DNA of 64,000 nt from Tubiluchus corallicola. Taxonomy: Eukaryota > Animalia > Priapulida. The stretch lies in assembly GCA_030141605.1 (NCBI GenBank), contig JAQGDQ010000117.1, positions 496,001-560,000 on the forward strand. Direction: 5' to 3'. The notes under the pieces were generated by a model. The model searched no databases and was not told the origin of the DNA. It worked only from the letters and a program-made list of their open reading frames with translations. The translations under genes and the position numbers were made by a program. This document shows positions 36,932-51,106 of the stretch, piece by piece (position 1 is the stretch's first letter; the number at the start of each line of letters is the position of its first letter).

Positions 36932-39900
36932 AGCACATGACAATTTACTACTACGGCAGCCATTTTATGCAAATTTCGTTTTTAAAAGCATAAAAGTACG
37001 GCTGTCTTAAGAGCTACAGTTTTATTCTCTGCCACACGTTCTTACTGACAACTGAGGCGCTGTATGGCGACTAGCAGTAGAGAAATTTGCGCGAAACATT
37101 AAAAGGCGAAAAGTCCATTTAACGAACGTCCAAAATCGCAAATTCAGTTCTCATCACTGTCGCGGTGAACTGCGACTCGTGTAGTTCCGCGTGCAGCTCG
37201 AAAAACTAATTCTTGCTTTTGATATCTAGATTTGCAATTCTTTTCCGAAGTTGATCACATATCACTCACGATAATTACACGTATAACTGTATTCTTTCAG
37301 TTGTTATTCGACTTGACCTTGAGGAAAAGGCACGTTTCCTTTACTACATGGAATTACTAAGCTGGATGATGACGTAACTTGACTGAACACATTAGTAATA
37401 CAAAAAATTTTAAAAATTAGTAATTCTAAAAATGCCTTATGATGTAAATAAGCATAGAGTAAATATATATGTTTGTATATTTCATATGTATATAACGTTG
37501 TAAATACGTTTAATAGTATTTGCTTGTGTATAAAATTAGTTACATTAACATATTCGTGTTATAATTTCTTACGACTGTTAAGATGTAAAAAAATAAGTGG
37601 CGCTTGTGATCCTAGACTCGTAAATTATTTTTCAAACATAAAACAAATCTATTTTGAGGCCTAGTAAACTAGTTAACCGCAAAAAGATGCCATGGCGCAG
37701 AAAAACTGCAAAAGAATCACTTATACGTGACTGAGTAACACGGAATTAAATGACAGCTGATGACACGCATGCCACTTCAATTTACTATATAGCCTTCGTT
37801 CTATTTCTGAATAACCAGAATTGAAAGTATGCCAGCCAACTTAATTAACATTCATGGATTTCCCTATAGGCCACGTTATAATGATTGTAATTACAAGTGA
37901 TATACTTTGATAGTAAATGACTAAAAGACACAATGTTTTATTGAAATTATGCGTTTATTTCACTATTAAGAACAACAATTTGAATCTTTATAACAAAAAC
38001 TACGAAACTATGCATTGTATACAAAATTGGAGGGTTTCCGTTTCTTTCACGTACCACTTAAATAATGTAATAATTGCCATAATATCTAACCCTGTTAAAA
38101 GCATTGCCTTTGCGTAACAGAACTGACGCAAGTCAAATGAAGAATTTATACAGTACTTGTCAGTAAATGTCACCATAAGAAAATGTTGCAAAAATATTTA
38201 CAGGTTTAATTTCCCTTAGATAAGACATCGTACTAATTATATCTAATGAATGAACAAGTAATTGTACGAACAAGTCGGCCTATAATGTTATGAACTTTTT
38301 ACCCTTGTCAAGTAATTTGTTAGTTATTTATTTGCACAGAGTAAATGAGGTTATGTTTGTTATACTAGGTCTAGCCTAGAAACAGCACATCACACGTTGT
38401 CTGCAATTAACCTTAACTAAAGATTTAGGTATAACAGATAGCTGCATGGTACAAACTAAACTCAGGTTATCCAGGACGCAGTTTTCTGTTTGAATTCAAA
38501 GAACAACAAGCATTCAAAAAAGATTGAATTAAACAACTCAGAATATATTATAAACATAACCCATCCAGTGAGAGTTAAACCGAAGTTATAGCCAGAAAAT
38601 CTCGAAGCCGTCTCAAACATTTCTAGCTTACTGCTTATTAATAACTATTTAAAGTACGTATATTTCAGGAAAATGTAGGTCTATAGGATCAATAATCAAT
38701 TCAATTTATTTGACGTAGATTCTAAAGATCGGAAGTAAACTTGATGTAAATGATCGGAAGTGGTGCTGACAAGCCACTGGCATAGTGGTGACTATTTTTT
38801 TTTTGCTAGATTAAGTGCTATGTTTACCTTGAGGGCAGATTTCTTTTACTTTAGAGTTCTGCCTGCCTGCCCAATCGACGTAATGGGTATACGAAAATTG
38901 TCTTCAAATCAATTTTTCAAGCTCAAGTCAGAATTACAGTCACACCTAAATCTGGCATGAGACAGATGACATACCAAATAGGGTTGCCTATCCCATTTCT
39001 GACTAATTTGTGTAGCATTTACTTCCAAATTTAATTTGTGATGAAAAGCACTGCAAGGTTACAAAATCCTTTTGGCAAAAAGTTGTGCTACTCCAAAGAA
39101 AGTGATATTTGTTAACATCAGAAACAAGAGCAAGATAGTAGCTTCAGTACATAAGGATGGAAGAAATAGACAGTGTCTGGAACTACCATGGTATGTGTTA
39201 TAACATTTTCCTGGAACATCTTATAACGTTTTTATATTTTCACCAAAACTATGTTTGGTAAACTCATGACGAGTGTTGTCCAATGAGGCACTGAAGCCTA
39301 TAACAAAACAGGTAAGAGATACGTAGCAGATAGCATTAACTATAGAGTTGGTAGGTAATTTAGGGCTCTGCTTCAATCTTCTCTTTAGCTGTAAATTAAC
39401 ATGGCTACAAGATTTAAATGAATGGAATGGTTTATGACATTAACATTGAAAACCATTACAAATGTCAAAGTTGCACATTCGTCTATATAGTAAATGTGCA
39501 CTATCATCGTCCAAGAATGCAATGATACCTCTGAACTTTCACCTACCTTTGGTACACAGTAGAGACTACCGTACGAAGCACCTGTTTTATTTACAAATCA
39601 CTGCTTCATCAGAATACTACCTAGGACTCAAGTGGTACGTTAGCTTATTTGAATTTATGCAGAAGGGACGATCCCACTAAGCAATATACTATAATACAAA
39701 CTTTCTTCAGCCGTAATCTGTGATCTGTTAAAGTCCAAAGTTAGCATTGTAGGCCTACTGCCAGAAATGCAGGCACAATGTTTTAATGATTGGGATGTGA
39801 AGTTGCTTAAAATATGACTACCATCTCAATTTATCATCCTAGTCACACCAGCAACAGCAGATAAGAGCAGCCTATATTCATAATTGTATCATAACAGCAT

Positions 39901-40299
39901 TTACTAACCTCCTTATAAGAGATTAAAATCACCTTCAGCAAGGCAGAAATAAATTAACTGTACAAAGGTCATAAACCTTCGATTAGTAATTAGACAAGAT
40001 TCACAAGCATGATTAGGATTATTACAGCATAGATCTCAGTTCTTAATTTGGCACTAGTTTAAAGATATAAAGCCTCATGATCTCGAACTGCACCAGTAAA
40101 TATAACCAGACTGATTAAAACATCCCAAAATAATTCCGTTAAAATTCTATTGATCTTTCCCCATTCCTAATGTATATCCATCGCATTCACTATAGAATCA
40201 TCCTTACACAGGCACTGACTCTTACAGAAAACAGTCCTCAAAACAAGTAATACTTTCATACTAAGTGTCCATTTAAAATGAGTATCCCAGAAGCGGTTT

Positions 40300-40417
40300 C
40301 TACATCCGAAAGACGCCAAACTTCGTTTCTGGTATTGGTGCATTCAAAGAAGCACTAATGCTGAGTCCAAGCACAGTCCGTGTGTCAACTGGGTCTATTA
40401 CACCATCATCCCATAAT
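40300..40417 (-). CDS. MCCC2: Methylcrotonoyl-CoA carboxylase beta chain, last exon
   Basis: ttgttttgcag|, 118 nt. Encodes (R)[38 protein letters not shown]. Confidence 0.97.
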
Positions 40418-42032
40418 CTGCAAAACAAGTAAAAACGAACCAGTGTGAAAAGGCTGATTGTCATCACCATCACTGCCAATCTAATTGATGTCATCATTTT
40501 TATCATCATCATTGTCGAGCTTTGCAGCAAAGAAAATGCTTTTGAGTTATCATTTTTACACAATGTCGCAGTACTTTGATTTACAAACTCGAAATTTTGA
40601 CTTTTCTGCATATTTTGACCTGATATATCTATTTTTAGTAAAATACCTAATTACTTTCGAGACAGTGTAGATAAAAATACTGAGTTAGTAAAGCACAATA
40701 ATGCAGTTTTAAATCAGACTGGTTTACAAATAGCACAAGACATAAGGTAAATAATAACTGAAATAATTACAATCAGTGTAGCGAGACAATATTTCAACCA
40801 TCGACGCAGAAATAAAAAAGAATAACAAACAAATTATAGGATCAAGTTATCAAAATAACAAATGAGTGATTCGAGACAATTTAAGAGGGAGGATTTCGTC
40901 TATTTAATAAGAAATTTGTGGACCATGATAATTTGACAATTGAACTTTAGAATATGAAGTATGTTTGGACCATTACGCAAGATCAGAAGTAAGAGTACAG
41001 CACAAAAGAGTTTTTCAAACTGTCGTTTCAATCTGAAACAGTTGTTGACACTGTCACTGGATAGCTAACACGTAAAAGTTACGTACAAGAACGATGGCTT
41101 TTCATGTGTCTCCATTTAAATACAATAAATGAGTTAACGCGCTGAAGTTAGACTGCATTAAAACGAGACATTAACTAGATAAAAATGTTTTTGAACGTGT
41201 AAAACGAAAATTTATCTCGACTGAAAATCGCAACAAACTTGTAACGAAGTGGCATTGTGAAGTTATGTGCCCGTGTGAACGCTGTTTATTTTCATATAAA
41301 TGCAGAGCTTGTCGATTTGACGAAGGCGATTTTTAAAGCACAGTTAGTGCGTAAATTCTAACCCCATTTGCACTATTACCAGCACTGCCCGATGTAGGAG
41401 GCCACAACCACTAACACTGGATTTATATGCAGCACTATAAAACATGACGTAACTCATGTAAATGTCTTTACAATACAAGAGTCGTTCAATTATTGCATTT
41501 TGCGGAAAATGGAGAATGTAAAGAAAACCAACAGAATGCAGGCGCAAACTACAATGTAGATGTATGAAGCTATTAACTTCACGTAATAATAATAATTGTT
41601 GTATGAAGCTACATGGTTTGGACACTAATTAGTTTGCAGCTATGAAAACTATTATAATTGTGCATCAATTCAATGTTTGAAATAATCAAACGATCTTATT
41701 TGCCTTTAACTTTAGATAATTAAATTATTAGGATTCGTCATCCATGAGAGCTAACGCTAGAGAACAGAATTTTCTGACAGCAATATCACTTTCACTTACA
41801 ATTGTGAAATTTTTAATTTTTCATTGATTCGACAAAGCTTTTTCTTTTTGACCCCCTTTTTCTTTTTTCACGTTTTTAATTTTAAGCTGGCTCTTACCAA
41901 CAATTATCGTTAAATACATGTATATAAAGGAATAGAGATCATAAAATACTTAAAAGACCTTATTATGGTCGAATGTTATTGCGTTTGACTGTTTGACTTC
42001 TTCTACATATAATGCGATCCTTTTGTTTCCCT

Positions 42033-42330
42033 GCGTTTTGGTAGCCGAGTGGTTTACATTTCGGACTGGAGCCACGCAGTCGTGAGTTCGAGTCTAGCGG
42101 CTGCCACCGCCAGGGCATATACCCTACATGTTATTCGTTGTTTGTGTCTTTATCAGTATTGTTGTAAGTCGTGGTGTTGTAAGTTGTAAGTCTAAGTCGC
42201 TAAATAACCGTTAGTGTTAATGTTGTTTGTTAGATGAGCGACGGTAAACAAATTCTGTCTGTCTTTTTGTCTTTGTCCCCTCCGTACAAAAAAGATCATC
42301 TTAATCTTATCTTGATCTTAATCTTAATCT
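42033..42330 (+). mobile_element. tRNA-derived SINE with (ATCTTA)n tail
   Basis: A box TAGCCGAGTGG at 42042-42052, B box GTTCGAGTC at 42086-42094, then a body and a tandem ATCTTA tail. No clean cloverleaf. Confidence 0.8.
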
Positions 42331-44444
42331 AACCATCATATTACAAACGCACTTGCCGTGACTTTCAGTAGAAATTATAAAACAATTCTTATAGTGTAAC
42401 TTTTTCAGCAAGCAAAAACGTATCAACTCAAGGTGACTGAAGATGACAATATAGGCGTGATTCAACACATTGTAAATGTAACATCACATAAAGGACATCA
42501 ACGTGCGACAGACGGGAAAATGATGATAATAGAAAATAAACTCATCACGTGTTTTGTGTAAACATTGACTTCTTAGTACGCAGAAAGGTGAACAATGACA
42601 AATAAGAATGGACACAAATTAATGGCATCGAAATTGTAATAGAAAAATTTAAAAAAGAATGACGGCTTGGAGGTATGATGGTGAATTCATTTAACGATTC
42701 TATTATGTCCTAGAAAATGTTCATAAGTTGATGACGTATTGGCTAAATTACAAAAAAAATCTTCGAATAAAACACACTCAACACGTTTCCAAAACACGTC
42801 ATATAATTGCTGTAACTCATAGCTGCAATGAGTTTCAATCGTGCTATAGTTTTCAAACTATTCATTTCACGTTAAACAAAAAAAGACTAAACACCCTTTC
42901 ATAAGTCGTCCACATGGTCAATCAAAACACCGTCATTCTCGAGTTTGCTTGTGTTGAAGGATTGCGTAGATGCCGAGAACGACAGTGAAATTTGAATGTC
43001 ATTCAAGTTTAATGATATCAAGCTGGTCTTGATTTTCGTCAGTGTCGGTCGTCATTTCGGGAACGAACAATAATACTCGCTGGCGACTTAGCTAGAAGAG
43101 GACATTTATAGTGGGGTGCGTAAGCGACGCGCTGTCACGAAAAACAATGAATTATTAACAAAAAGTGACTACATAAATCAAATAATGTAAGTGGTGAGTA
43201 CAGAACTTTCTATGACTGACTGTAACTGTACCTAAGTTTTATAAATTTCTGCACTTTACAGAAACGTACAGTGTACGTACGTACGGGAAATGTACAGAAA
43301 CTTGCGTTCAAGTTTTAAATGCGTGATTGGAGAAATTTGCGTTATTGCGCGTAAATTTTATAAATTTGTACAGAAATGTACAGGAATTTACATTCGTACT
43401 GCGACGACTAACCTGCAAAAGCGCAAGTTATAGTACCTTGAACGTTTACTCTTCTTGCATTATTTAGAGAGGCGAAAATTTGTCCAGTAATCGAATATAC
43501 TTGGTATTATCTGAATATAATTTAAAAATTCACTCGAACTTCTGCTTCCCGAAATATTTAGTAAAAACTTCTCGTTTCATTTCTTTGCCGAAGTTCCTTT
43601 TTCTTTGACTTCGTTTTCTCTTTGCAGCACATAATAAACAAAGCTCGTTTTCATGCAAGTCGTTTTGGAATGAAAAGTTAACGAACACCCCTTCAACAAA
43701 TAGTTATGTGCAAAGTGACTGTAAGTGAAAACTGTTCGTGTGGACAGCATTCAGTGTTTTGAAAGTCACTCTTTCGAATGTTTGTTTTTTGAATGCTATT
43801 CTTCTGTAGGACAGTGCATAAATTTGGCATTAGTATAACGGCTGGCTTGATGGGGATAAAACTGTGATGCTCTAAAAGATAAAAAACGATATTTATGGCC
43901 ATAGTTGACACGCGATATAGAAGCGTGATATTAACAGAGTGCTTATCTACACGAAAAAGTATTAAAATCAGGACACTTATTAAGCTTCTGTGCTCTCTAG
44001 TGAAAGAGACCTCTAATCAGATTCGCAAAATTGGATCAAATTGCTAATAAATAACTCATGCACAAAATCAGATTTCAGTTTGGTCTATCAACGGTTACAA
44101 ATTAATCTAGAAAATATTTCATTTTCTCTATATTGTTACGCGGCTGGACAAACACACATAGGATAAGTGCGAATACACATACAGTCGGAATATACGGCAA
44201 AGGTACTTGTGATTAGCAGGGCGACGGATGAACCCGAATTCGCGAAACTTTGTCACTTCTTGATGCAAAAAACGAATGTGTTCATCGTTTTCATATTCCG
44301 TGAAAATTTCCGTCATTGTAGATTCGTCCGCACAGGAGCCTTATGCTTGAGATACGCGAGAAATATTTATTGTTTTAAACGTAGTTTATTGGCTTGAATT
44401 AGATAGTAAACTATGTTTAAAATATTAAATCTACGATAATTATA

Positions 44445-44757
44445 TTTGATTGTATTGTACTGTATTGTGTTGTGTTATGTTATATAAATAAGATAAGATA
44501 AGATAAGAGGAGAGGAGAGAAGAGAAGAGAAGAGAAGAGAAGAGAAGAGAAGAGAAGAGAAGAGAAGAGAAGAGAAGAGAAGAGAAGAGAAGAGAAGAGA
44601 AGAGACGAGAAGAGAAGAGAAGAGAAGAGAAGAGAAGAAAGAGAAGCGAAGATTAGATTAGATTAGATTAGATTAGATTAGATTAAATTAGATTAGATTA
44701 GATCGTATGCATTGTATTGTATCGTACTGTATTCATCAATAAACTTATTATTATTAT
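44445..44757. repeat. Compound pentanucleotide microsatellite (TGTAT / GATAA / GAGAA / GATTA)
   Basis: Seen directly. Ends in AATAAAC(TTA)n, so it probably expanded inside a retroelement 3' UTR. Confidence 0.92.
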
Positions 44758-46869
44758 ATATTGTTCACATAATACTTCCTATTTAAAAATGTATTCTGAC
44801 ATGTTTCGAAAGAAAGCGTATCCAATTAAACCACAGCGTAGGAACAAGACTGTGTGGGTGTCCTCGCTGAAGCTTACCAAACTGAAAGTCTGAAACTAAA
44901 TCCCACACACGATTGCTCACACCAAGGAAAAACAACCAACAATGAAAAGTGAAAATGATGAAATAAACCAGTAAGCAGTTATTTACTGTCATAGCTATTT
45001 ACTATTTTTTAACTTTCTATTGTTTCTTCTCTTCAAATGTATGTACGCTACATAACAGATTTGTTTGTTAATAAAATACTTTTTAAACCAAACTATTGTT
45101 TGCATTTGGCGCGTTACCGAAACGGTCTTGAAACATTACTGATTTTCTGTTATCCAATTTTTATCGTCCAGCAAAAATCGTGAGTGCAACGGGGTTCAAT
45201 GTTTTTAAAGCAAGTTTTTATCCAACAAAAACCGAAGGATCATCATCATGTAAACCAACTACTGTTTGTCAAAAAAATCATGAACGTTTTTTCACCTTGG
45301 TCGGAAGTGTTTGAAATATACGAAAAAATGTTTCCACTGCTCGACATATGTCGTATGTGTGTGCGTACATGCGTTATCGCGTTAAAAAGTCATACAAAAA
45401 AGTTTTTCGAAATGTTACAACATTTTACCAGGGATGATGAATTTTTTTGCACATCTCGAACCGATTTTAATGGTAAGTGTATCAGTGCCTAAATGCTAAT
45501 GCTCTGTAACATCAGCCTACCGTGACATTAATAGAAAATCGAAAACTTTAACCAAATAAAATGCGGTTTACTTTTATTTCGCAAACATAGTGTAATAGGG
45601 AATTTACACAACCCCTTAATTTGCTCACTTATCTTTATTTAGTTGTTTGATCTGATTTGATCAGTAGCATTGCAGATATGAAGTACAAACGGCAAACGAG
45701 TGAGTTCTTATTACTTACGTCTATTCTCAACTCGGCCATTTGCTCTGTACTGATCTGGTGTTTGCGTTGTCAAAATACCGCAAATTTATGAAAAGTTTAT
45801 AGGTAGAAATGCACATAAAACCCTCTAAATTTTGTTTTGGCGCCTAATATTGCGATCATGCTGCCCCAGGTCAAGAGCCGTCTTCGGAAATACCTTATAC
45901 ATAACCTCAGATTTCAGCTCTTTCTTGATAATTCAATAGCAGCATGTAGCAACAGCTTGTAGACAAAATTAGACTTCATCAATAATAAGTAATCAACAAG
46001 TGGCCATGGTTAGATTAAACTTTTACACTCGCTCAAAACTCAGTTTTTAATTGTCAACCAACTAGCGTTTGCCACATTCAAAGTCAGAGACAGGCACACG
46101 TTATTTATTGATTAGTACTTAATAGCTGCTTACTGATTGAGTATCCTGAAAAAGAATACTGTATTTTGCTTAAGGGGCGAGAAAAACCATTGTGGCTTTT
46201 GGCAGAACCAAAGAGGAGGGACAGGATTACTAAGCAAAAAATTTGTTGATCAAAATGCGCAGATACAGAACTTTCAGAACCGTCCACAATATAGTATGAG
46301 TGCTGCTATATCTTAAAGCATAACATCAAAATTTTTGTACAAGAATATTTCGTGCAAAAAAGCAAGCTGGCCACGGAAGGTACATTTACAGCAAAATTAT
46401 ACAATAGCAATATAATATAGTTGTATTGGAGTTCTCAATGTTCGAACTCTATGGCCTTTATGAAATGCACATTGTCTGCTTTCAGTAGGTGTTAAGAAAA
46501 GGTTCTTGTTCCAAACACATAAAAATAGCTGTAACAACAACACTGCAACAGAAAACTGAGTATAGTTAATTAAGAACGATGAGAAAATAATGGTATGTGG
46601 GCAGATGACTTTGACATGATTTTATTGGAAACAACAGCGCAATTAATCACATTCGTTCATATCACGTTCTAATTTGTCATATGTGTCAAATAAACATGGC
46701 TCTTGTAAGACTCCGTCTGGTGTCAGTTTTGTAATGCGAGATGTAGAAGAGAAGCTAATGAAAGTCGTGAGACACAAAAGGCGTACCCTGTCGCGCCATA
46801 TATGGCTTCACCTAATGTAACAAAAACGCCCGCTGAGCTACACATACAAACTGTGTTGAGGCATAACTG

Positions 46870-47085
46870 CCTTGGTGGAGGTAAAAATAACTAAAATAAT
46901 CATCCCCCACAGTAACCGTAATCCTAAACTCAGATTTTGCCAAGTGTGTCATTTTTCTGTACCATTTTTTCCCGTGCCATTTTTACTTGTGGCATTGTTA
47001 CCTGTGCCATTTTTTCATGTGCCATTTTTACTATGCCACTTTTTCCTGTGCTGTTTTTACTTTTGCCATTTTTACCTACATTCAT
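46870..47085. repeat. ~15-bp tandem array (GTGCCATTTTTTCCT) next to a (CCCTAA)-like tract; DNA-transposon subterminal type
   Basis: About 9 imperfect units at 46945-47080. Confidence 0.75.
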
Positions 47086-47474
47086 GCAGAATTGCTGCCA
47101 CTGATTTAAATGTGATATTGCCCTCGACATCGTCATAACTTTTTCTCGTACATAGTAAATTTATTTCAGATTTAATAAGCGTATAAAGCAGACTATTCAA
47201 CGGAGCACAATCAGCAAACAAGAACTATTTTAAATGTTGTCAGATAAACATTAGAAAGTTAAGTGCAAAATGGTATGCTGGACCCGTTCTTGTTTACTTC
47301 AATCAAAGCACAGCCTGGCAGATCAGAATTACAGCACCAAATAACAGAGTAAAATAGTGATAAAAACTAGCTAGAGGTGCACATTTGGGTCATTCCATAC
47401 TGAGTTCATTATCTTGTACATGGTTCTAAAAATAGAAAGCTTTTATTACTTTCCTATTGCAAACAGCTTAATAC

Positions 47475-47695
47475 TAAACTTACCAACACCAGATTTACCC
47501 TGTCACCAGGCTTAACCCCCTAGTACACTGTTGGCTCACCATGTTTTTGCTTTGCTTGTATCCCACACGAGTCTCTATTAATGTTTCAGCTGGCCATTCT
47601 TTACAAGGCGGAATCTAGCACTAAGTGGCACCTCTTCGTTTACTAATTATGTTAAACGTTGCTTAACTTTAGTGTCTTGCACTCAGCTATTTCCC
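47475..47695 (-). mobile_element. Degenerate SINE with partial 5S-like internal promoter
   Basis: Minus strand: TAGCTGAGTG...CACTAAAGTTAAGCAACGTttaacataaTTAGTAaacgaagaGGTGCCAC, colinear with the 5S A box/IE/C box, then a GC-richer body. Confidence 0.5.
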
Positions 47696-47841
47696 TTCCA
47701 CTATTGATGTCACTGTAGAGGCAGTGGCAGAATTGTCTATAGATGATTTGTGCAATTATATATCTTTTGCATGTGCAAGTAATATGATATTTATGGTTGA
47801 CTCAGAGCTTGACAAAAACTGACAAAAAACATTTCTCTTAC

Positions 47842-47927
47842 CTTGCACTGGAAAAATATGGACTTCCCTCGGCTTCGAACCTACTAATAATTGGATCTTT
47901 TAATGCCTTTTCTTCCTCCTCCGTCCA
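47842..47927 (-). CDS. MCCC2: MCCC2 exon (86 nt)
   Basis: ttgttgtag|...AAG|gtaaga. Encodes WTEEEEKALKDPIISRFEAEGSPYFSSA(R). Confidence 0.96.
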
Positions 47928-49199
47928 CTACAACAAAGATTATTACGAGTAACGTTTGACTGTGTGGCCATGTTTCCAAATCAGTCACACGAGAATTGAC
48001 TTAGCTTTTCTCAAAATTTTGCTGCTTTTGAAAACAATGATTAAAATAATCAAGTTATAAAAAAATAATAAGTGTGTGCACTCATTACGTAAATTATGCA
48101 GCCAATGCGTAAGCAAGATGTAGAGATAGATAAAGCTACTTGCAAAAGAAACCCGTCTGAGTTTTGCTAAAATGTGCATTGTTACTTCATACACTCTCAG
48201 TGGTATTGTGTAAACATAATATGAAACTTACAAAAAATTTTAATACGTATAATTTTTATGTATAATATCTTAATCAAAGATTCAAAGAGTTTGCCTAAAG
48301 TCTAAACACAAAAAAATCAACCATTTGAACTAACGTAATATGCATGCCTAAAATGATAGAAACAGGAGCCAATATAGTTCGTCCTAGACATCAAGACAAT
48401 ATAATTTATAAATAATAAATTGCAGTACAATTCTGTGTATTTATATGTATGTAGTCTTTAGTAACATCATACTTTAGATTATTAAGCCAGGGTGATCTAA
48501 TTTATTTCATAGTACAAATGAATTTCACAAAGCGCTCAGCTGTACAATGAAAAGAGACAGAAAACAGTACAGGAGTGTTTTAATTAGTCTAGATTCTAGA
48601 CACTCTGGAGGTCAAACAAGTCGAAAAGACGTCAAAAGTTTTGTCATAATTGTCTATGGCATAGAAGCTGGAGCAGGAGTAAACACCTCTAGCTCTTATA
48701 AGATACAAAACAAAAATATGAATAGAATTACCGTAATGTTGTTATAAATTTTGTTTTATCACAGAAGTCATATACTATGTAAGTTCTCAGTAAGTAAACG
48801 CGTTTCTCAGAAATTGCACTTTTTAAATGGACAGTTATTGGACACCCCCAAAAAGTAGCTAGAGACGCTATCATATTTCTTTTCGTAAACAGCATTAAAT
48901 AATTTTGTCAACTTCCTGAGCAAGCTCATTATTTTCCAGGGTTGTCGTAGATGGATTGCGAACAATTATTATGGCAATGATCAATACAATTTCGCTGAAA
49001 GCAATTCTGCTTAAATGCCTTTAATAACGCTATCAAGTTTAATGAGATCAGCCAGCAGAAAAGCAGAATATTCCTTCACTGTAATGACATTGCAGCAACA
49101 TTATCTACCTGAATGCCTAATCCGGTAGATACAATGTCACAATGAACGAACGAAAACATCCCACATGAACAAAAAAGATTACTCTAAAAAAAACTAAAG

Positions 49200-49540
49200 A
49201 ACAGCCGTGTTGGGAGGGGATTAAGTATTCAGTGAGATCTCTCTGAGCCTCACCAACATGATATGTGTTTAAAATTAGGTCGTAAAGATGTCTGAATATG
49301 AAGACTTTGTATTTCTTGCAAATTGAAAGCTGTCTGTGTCATGACTGAGGCAAGTCTGTTCAATGTGACTCTCATGCAAATCACCAGTGGGGATTGGTAA
49401 GATGGGATGTGTGGCCATAATGAGTTTTAAGAGAGCAACGTGCCTTAAAAGTCAAATGTGGCAGACTAACACGACAACCATCGAGTGAGGCCATAGATTC
49501 CAAAGTGAGTGTTATCTACCTTACCACTGAGATAGAGGGC
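49200..49540 (-). mobile_element. Degenerate SINE-like element
   Basis: A-box-like TATCTCAGTGGTAAG on the minus strand at ~49520-49534, followed by a GC-richer body. B box poorly preserved. Confidence 0.35.
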
Positions 49541-49841
49541 TGTTATTTCAGCTACTGCAAATTTCAGAATTAACAAAGCAAAGAAACAATATTCAAAAAA
49601 GCATCCACATATTTTATAAAATTATGCACAAAACGATCAGTATAACATTTTAAACTAGTAAACTCCAAGAGTTCCTCCTGCAAATTGTAATTGTTTAATC
49701 CTGCTACTTATCCTTTAATTTTTGGCAAATTTTATAAATCAATTTTATGTCTCAACATACACAAACAACAAGCAACTGATGCACCACCAGCAACTATGGA
49801 CACTAATTAAAACACTTAGTGTTTCGAAAATCTGACTGATA

Positions 49842-50041
49842 CAAGGTGTCCTAAAAAAATATAATGCACCAACAAATGTTATAAGTATACGACACAAAGT
49901 CTAATAAGTGCGGTTATATCAAGCTGTGTGGTAGAAAAACTGAAAATATTAAGTGTAATTTCTCACTTTATGACTTAACACCCAACTGCATTTCAGCACA
50001 TCTGCATATTTATACTGCATCAATAATTTTGGAACACCCTG
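49842..50041. mobile_element. Tc1/mariner-type MITE with TA TSD
   Basis: TA-CAAGGTGTCCTAAAA ... TTTTGGAACACCCTG-TA. Confidence 0.8.
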
Positions 50042-50173
50042 TATAAATGTAAAGAAGAATCTAATTTGCATTAAAAAGAGTGCACACACTTTTCATTTGC
50101 AGCTTTTTATTCAAGCTGCAGCATTTCAGTTTTTTGCTTGCATTAAAAAATGAAAATAATGCCAAAGACTCAC

Positions 50174-50288
50174 TGGTTTGCCTTCTCTTGCTCTCTGATC
50201 GCGGGTGATTTGGGCTAACACTCCGGCAGCCTGCTCTCCACCCATCACCGAAATGCGTGCATTGGGCCACATGTACAAAAACCTCGGA
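50174..50288 (-). CDS. MCCC2: MCCC2 exon (115 nt)
   Basis: tttttcag|...|gtgagt. Encodes (S)[38 protein letters not shown]. Confidence 0.97.
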
Positions 50289-51106
50289 CTGAAAAATAAT
50301 TTCGGAAAATCACTGCCAGTGGAATCACAGGTATTAATTCAGAAGAACAATGACAACAATAATAAGAACTTGAGAAACTTTATGGCTTACAACTATAGCA
50401 TAGGAGAATTATTTACTAAGTTTACAAAAAACGTATCAATGACTCTTTAAGAAACACTGTAGTCAAGCTTAATGTAATGCAATTTCACTGCATCCGTCAG
50501 CAACAACAGGAAGCTGTTGAGCGCTAATTATACTGGATAATTAGTACTGTAGAGGCAGATAAAGTTGACCCAATATGACAGATGAAGTCTGATGGGCAAT
50601 AGCCCGTAGTGGTCTCTAAGGTTCGCAATCAATCATTGCTCTGATGACATAAGGAGATTAGGCTATTGCAGTAAATGTGAAATCAGCTAAACGCATTTGA
50701 CTCAGTCAGCAATTGAAATCACGGATCAGTGTCTCTCAACGCATCATCTCCGAAAGAAGCCTAGTGGGCACAGATACTAATGCTTAAAGATGACTATAAG
50801 AGATTAATAAGCTTTAGTTCACAGACAAGGGAAAGCTGGAGGTTTAGATGGCATTTGCTTAATGTAGCTTATATTAGAATGTTAGACGCCTAAGGAGACT
50901 ATTAATAAAAGCATAAGTGTCCAACAACATAAGTAAATTGTATCTTGTCTTTCGTTAATACATATTAGCACTATTTTGATAAATTTGCTAGAAAAGCAGT
51001 AAAACAATACAGTAATACTATTATATTCAGTAACAACAGTGTAGCTATGGTACAAAAGAACCCCTGCTTTAAGTTAACACATCACCGATTATCCTAATAG
51101 TTATAA

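Noticed and set aside
42033-42110. tRNA gene
   Set aside because: A and B boxes are present, but acceptor and anticodon stems do not form and it continues into a SINE body and tail. The same applies at 51107.
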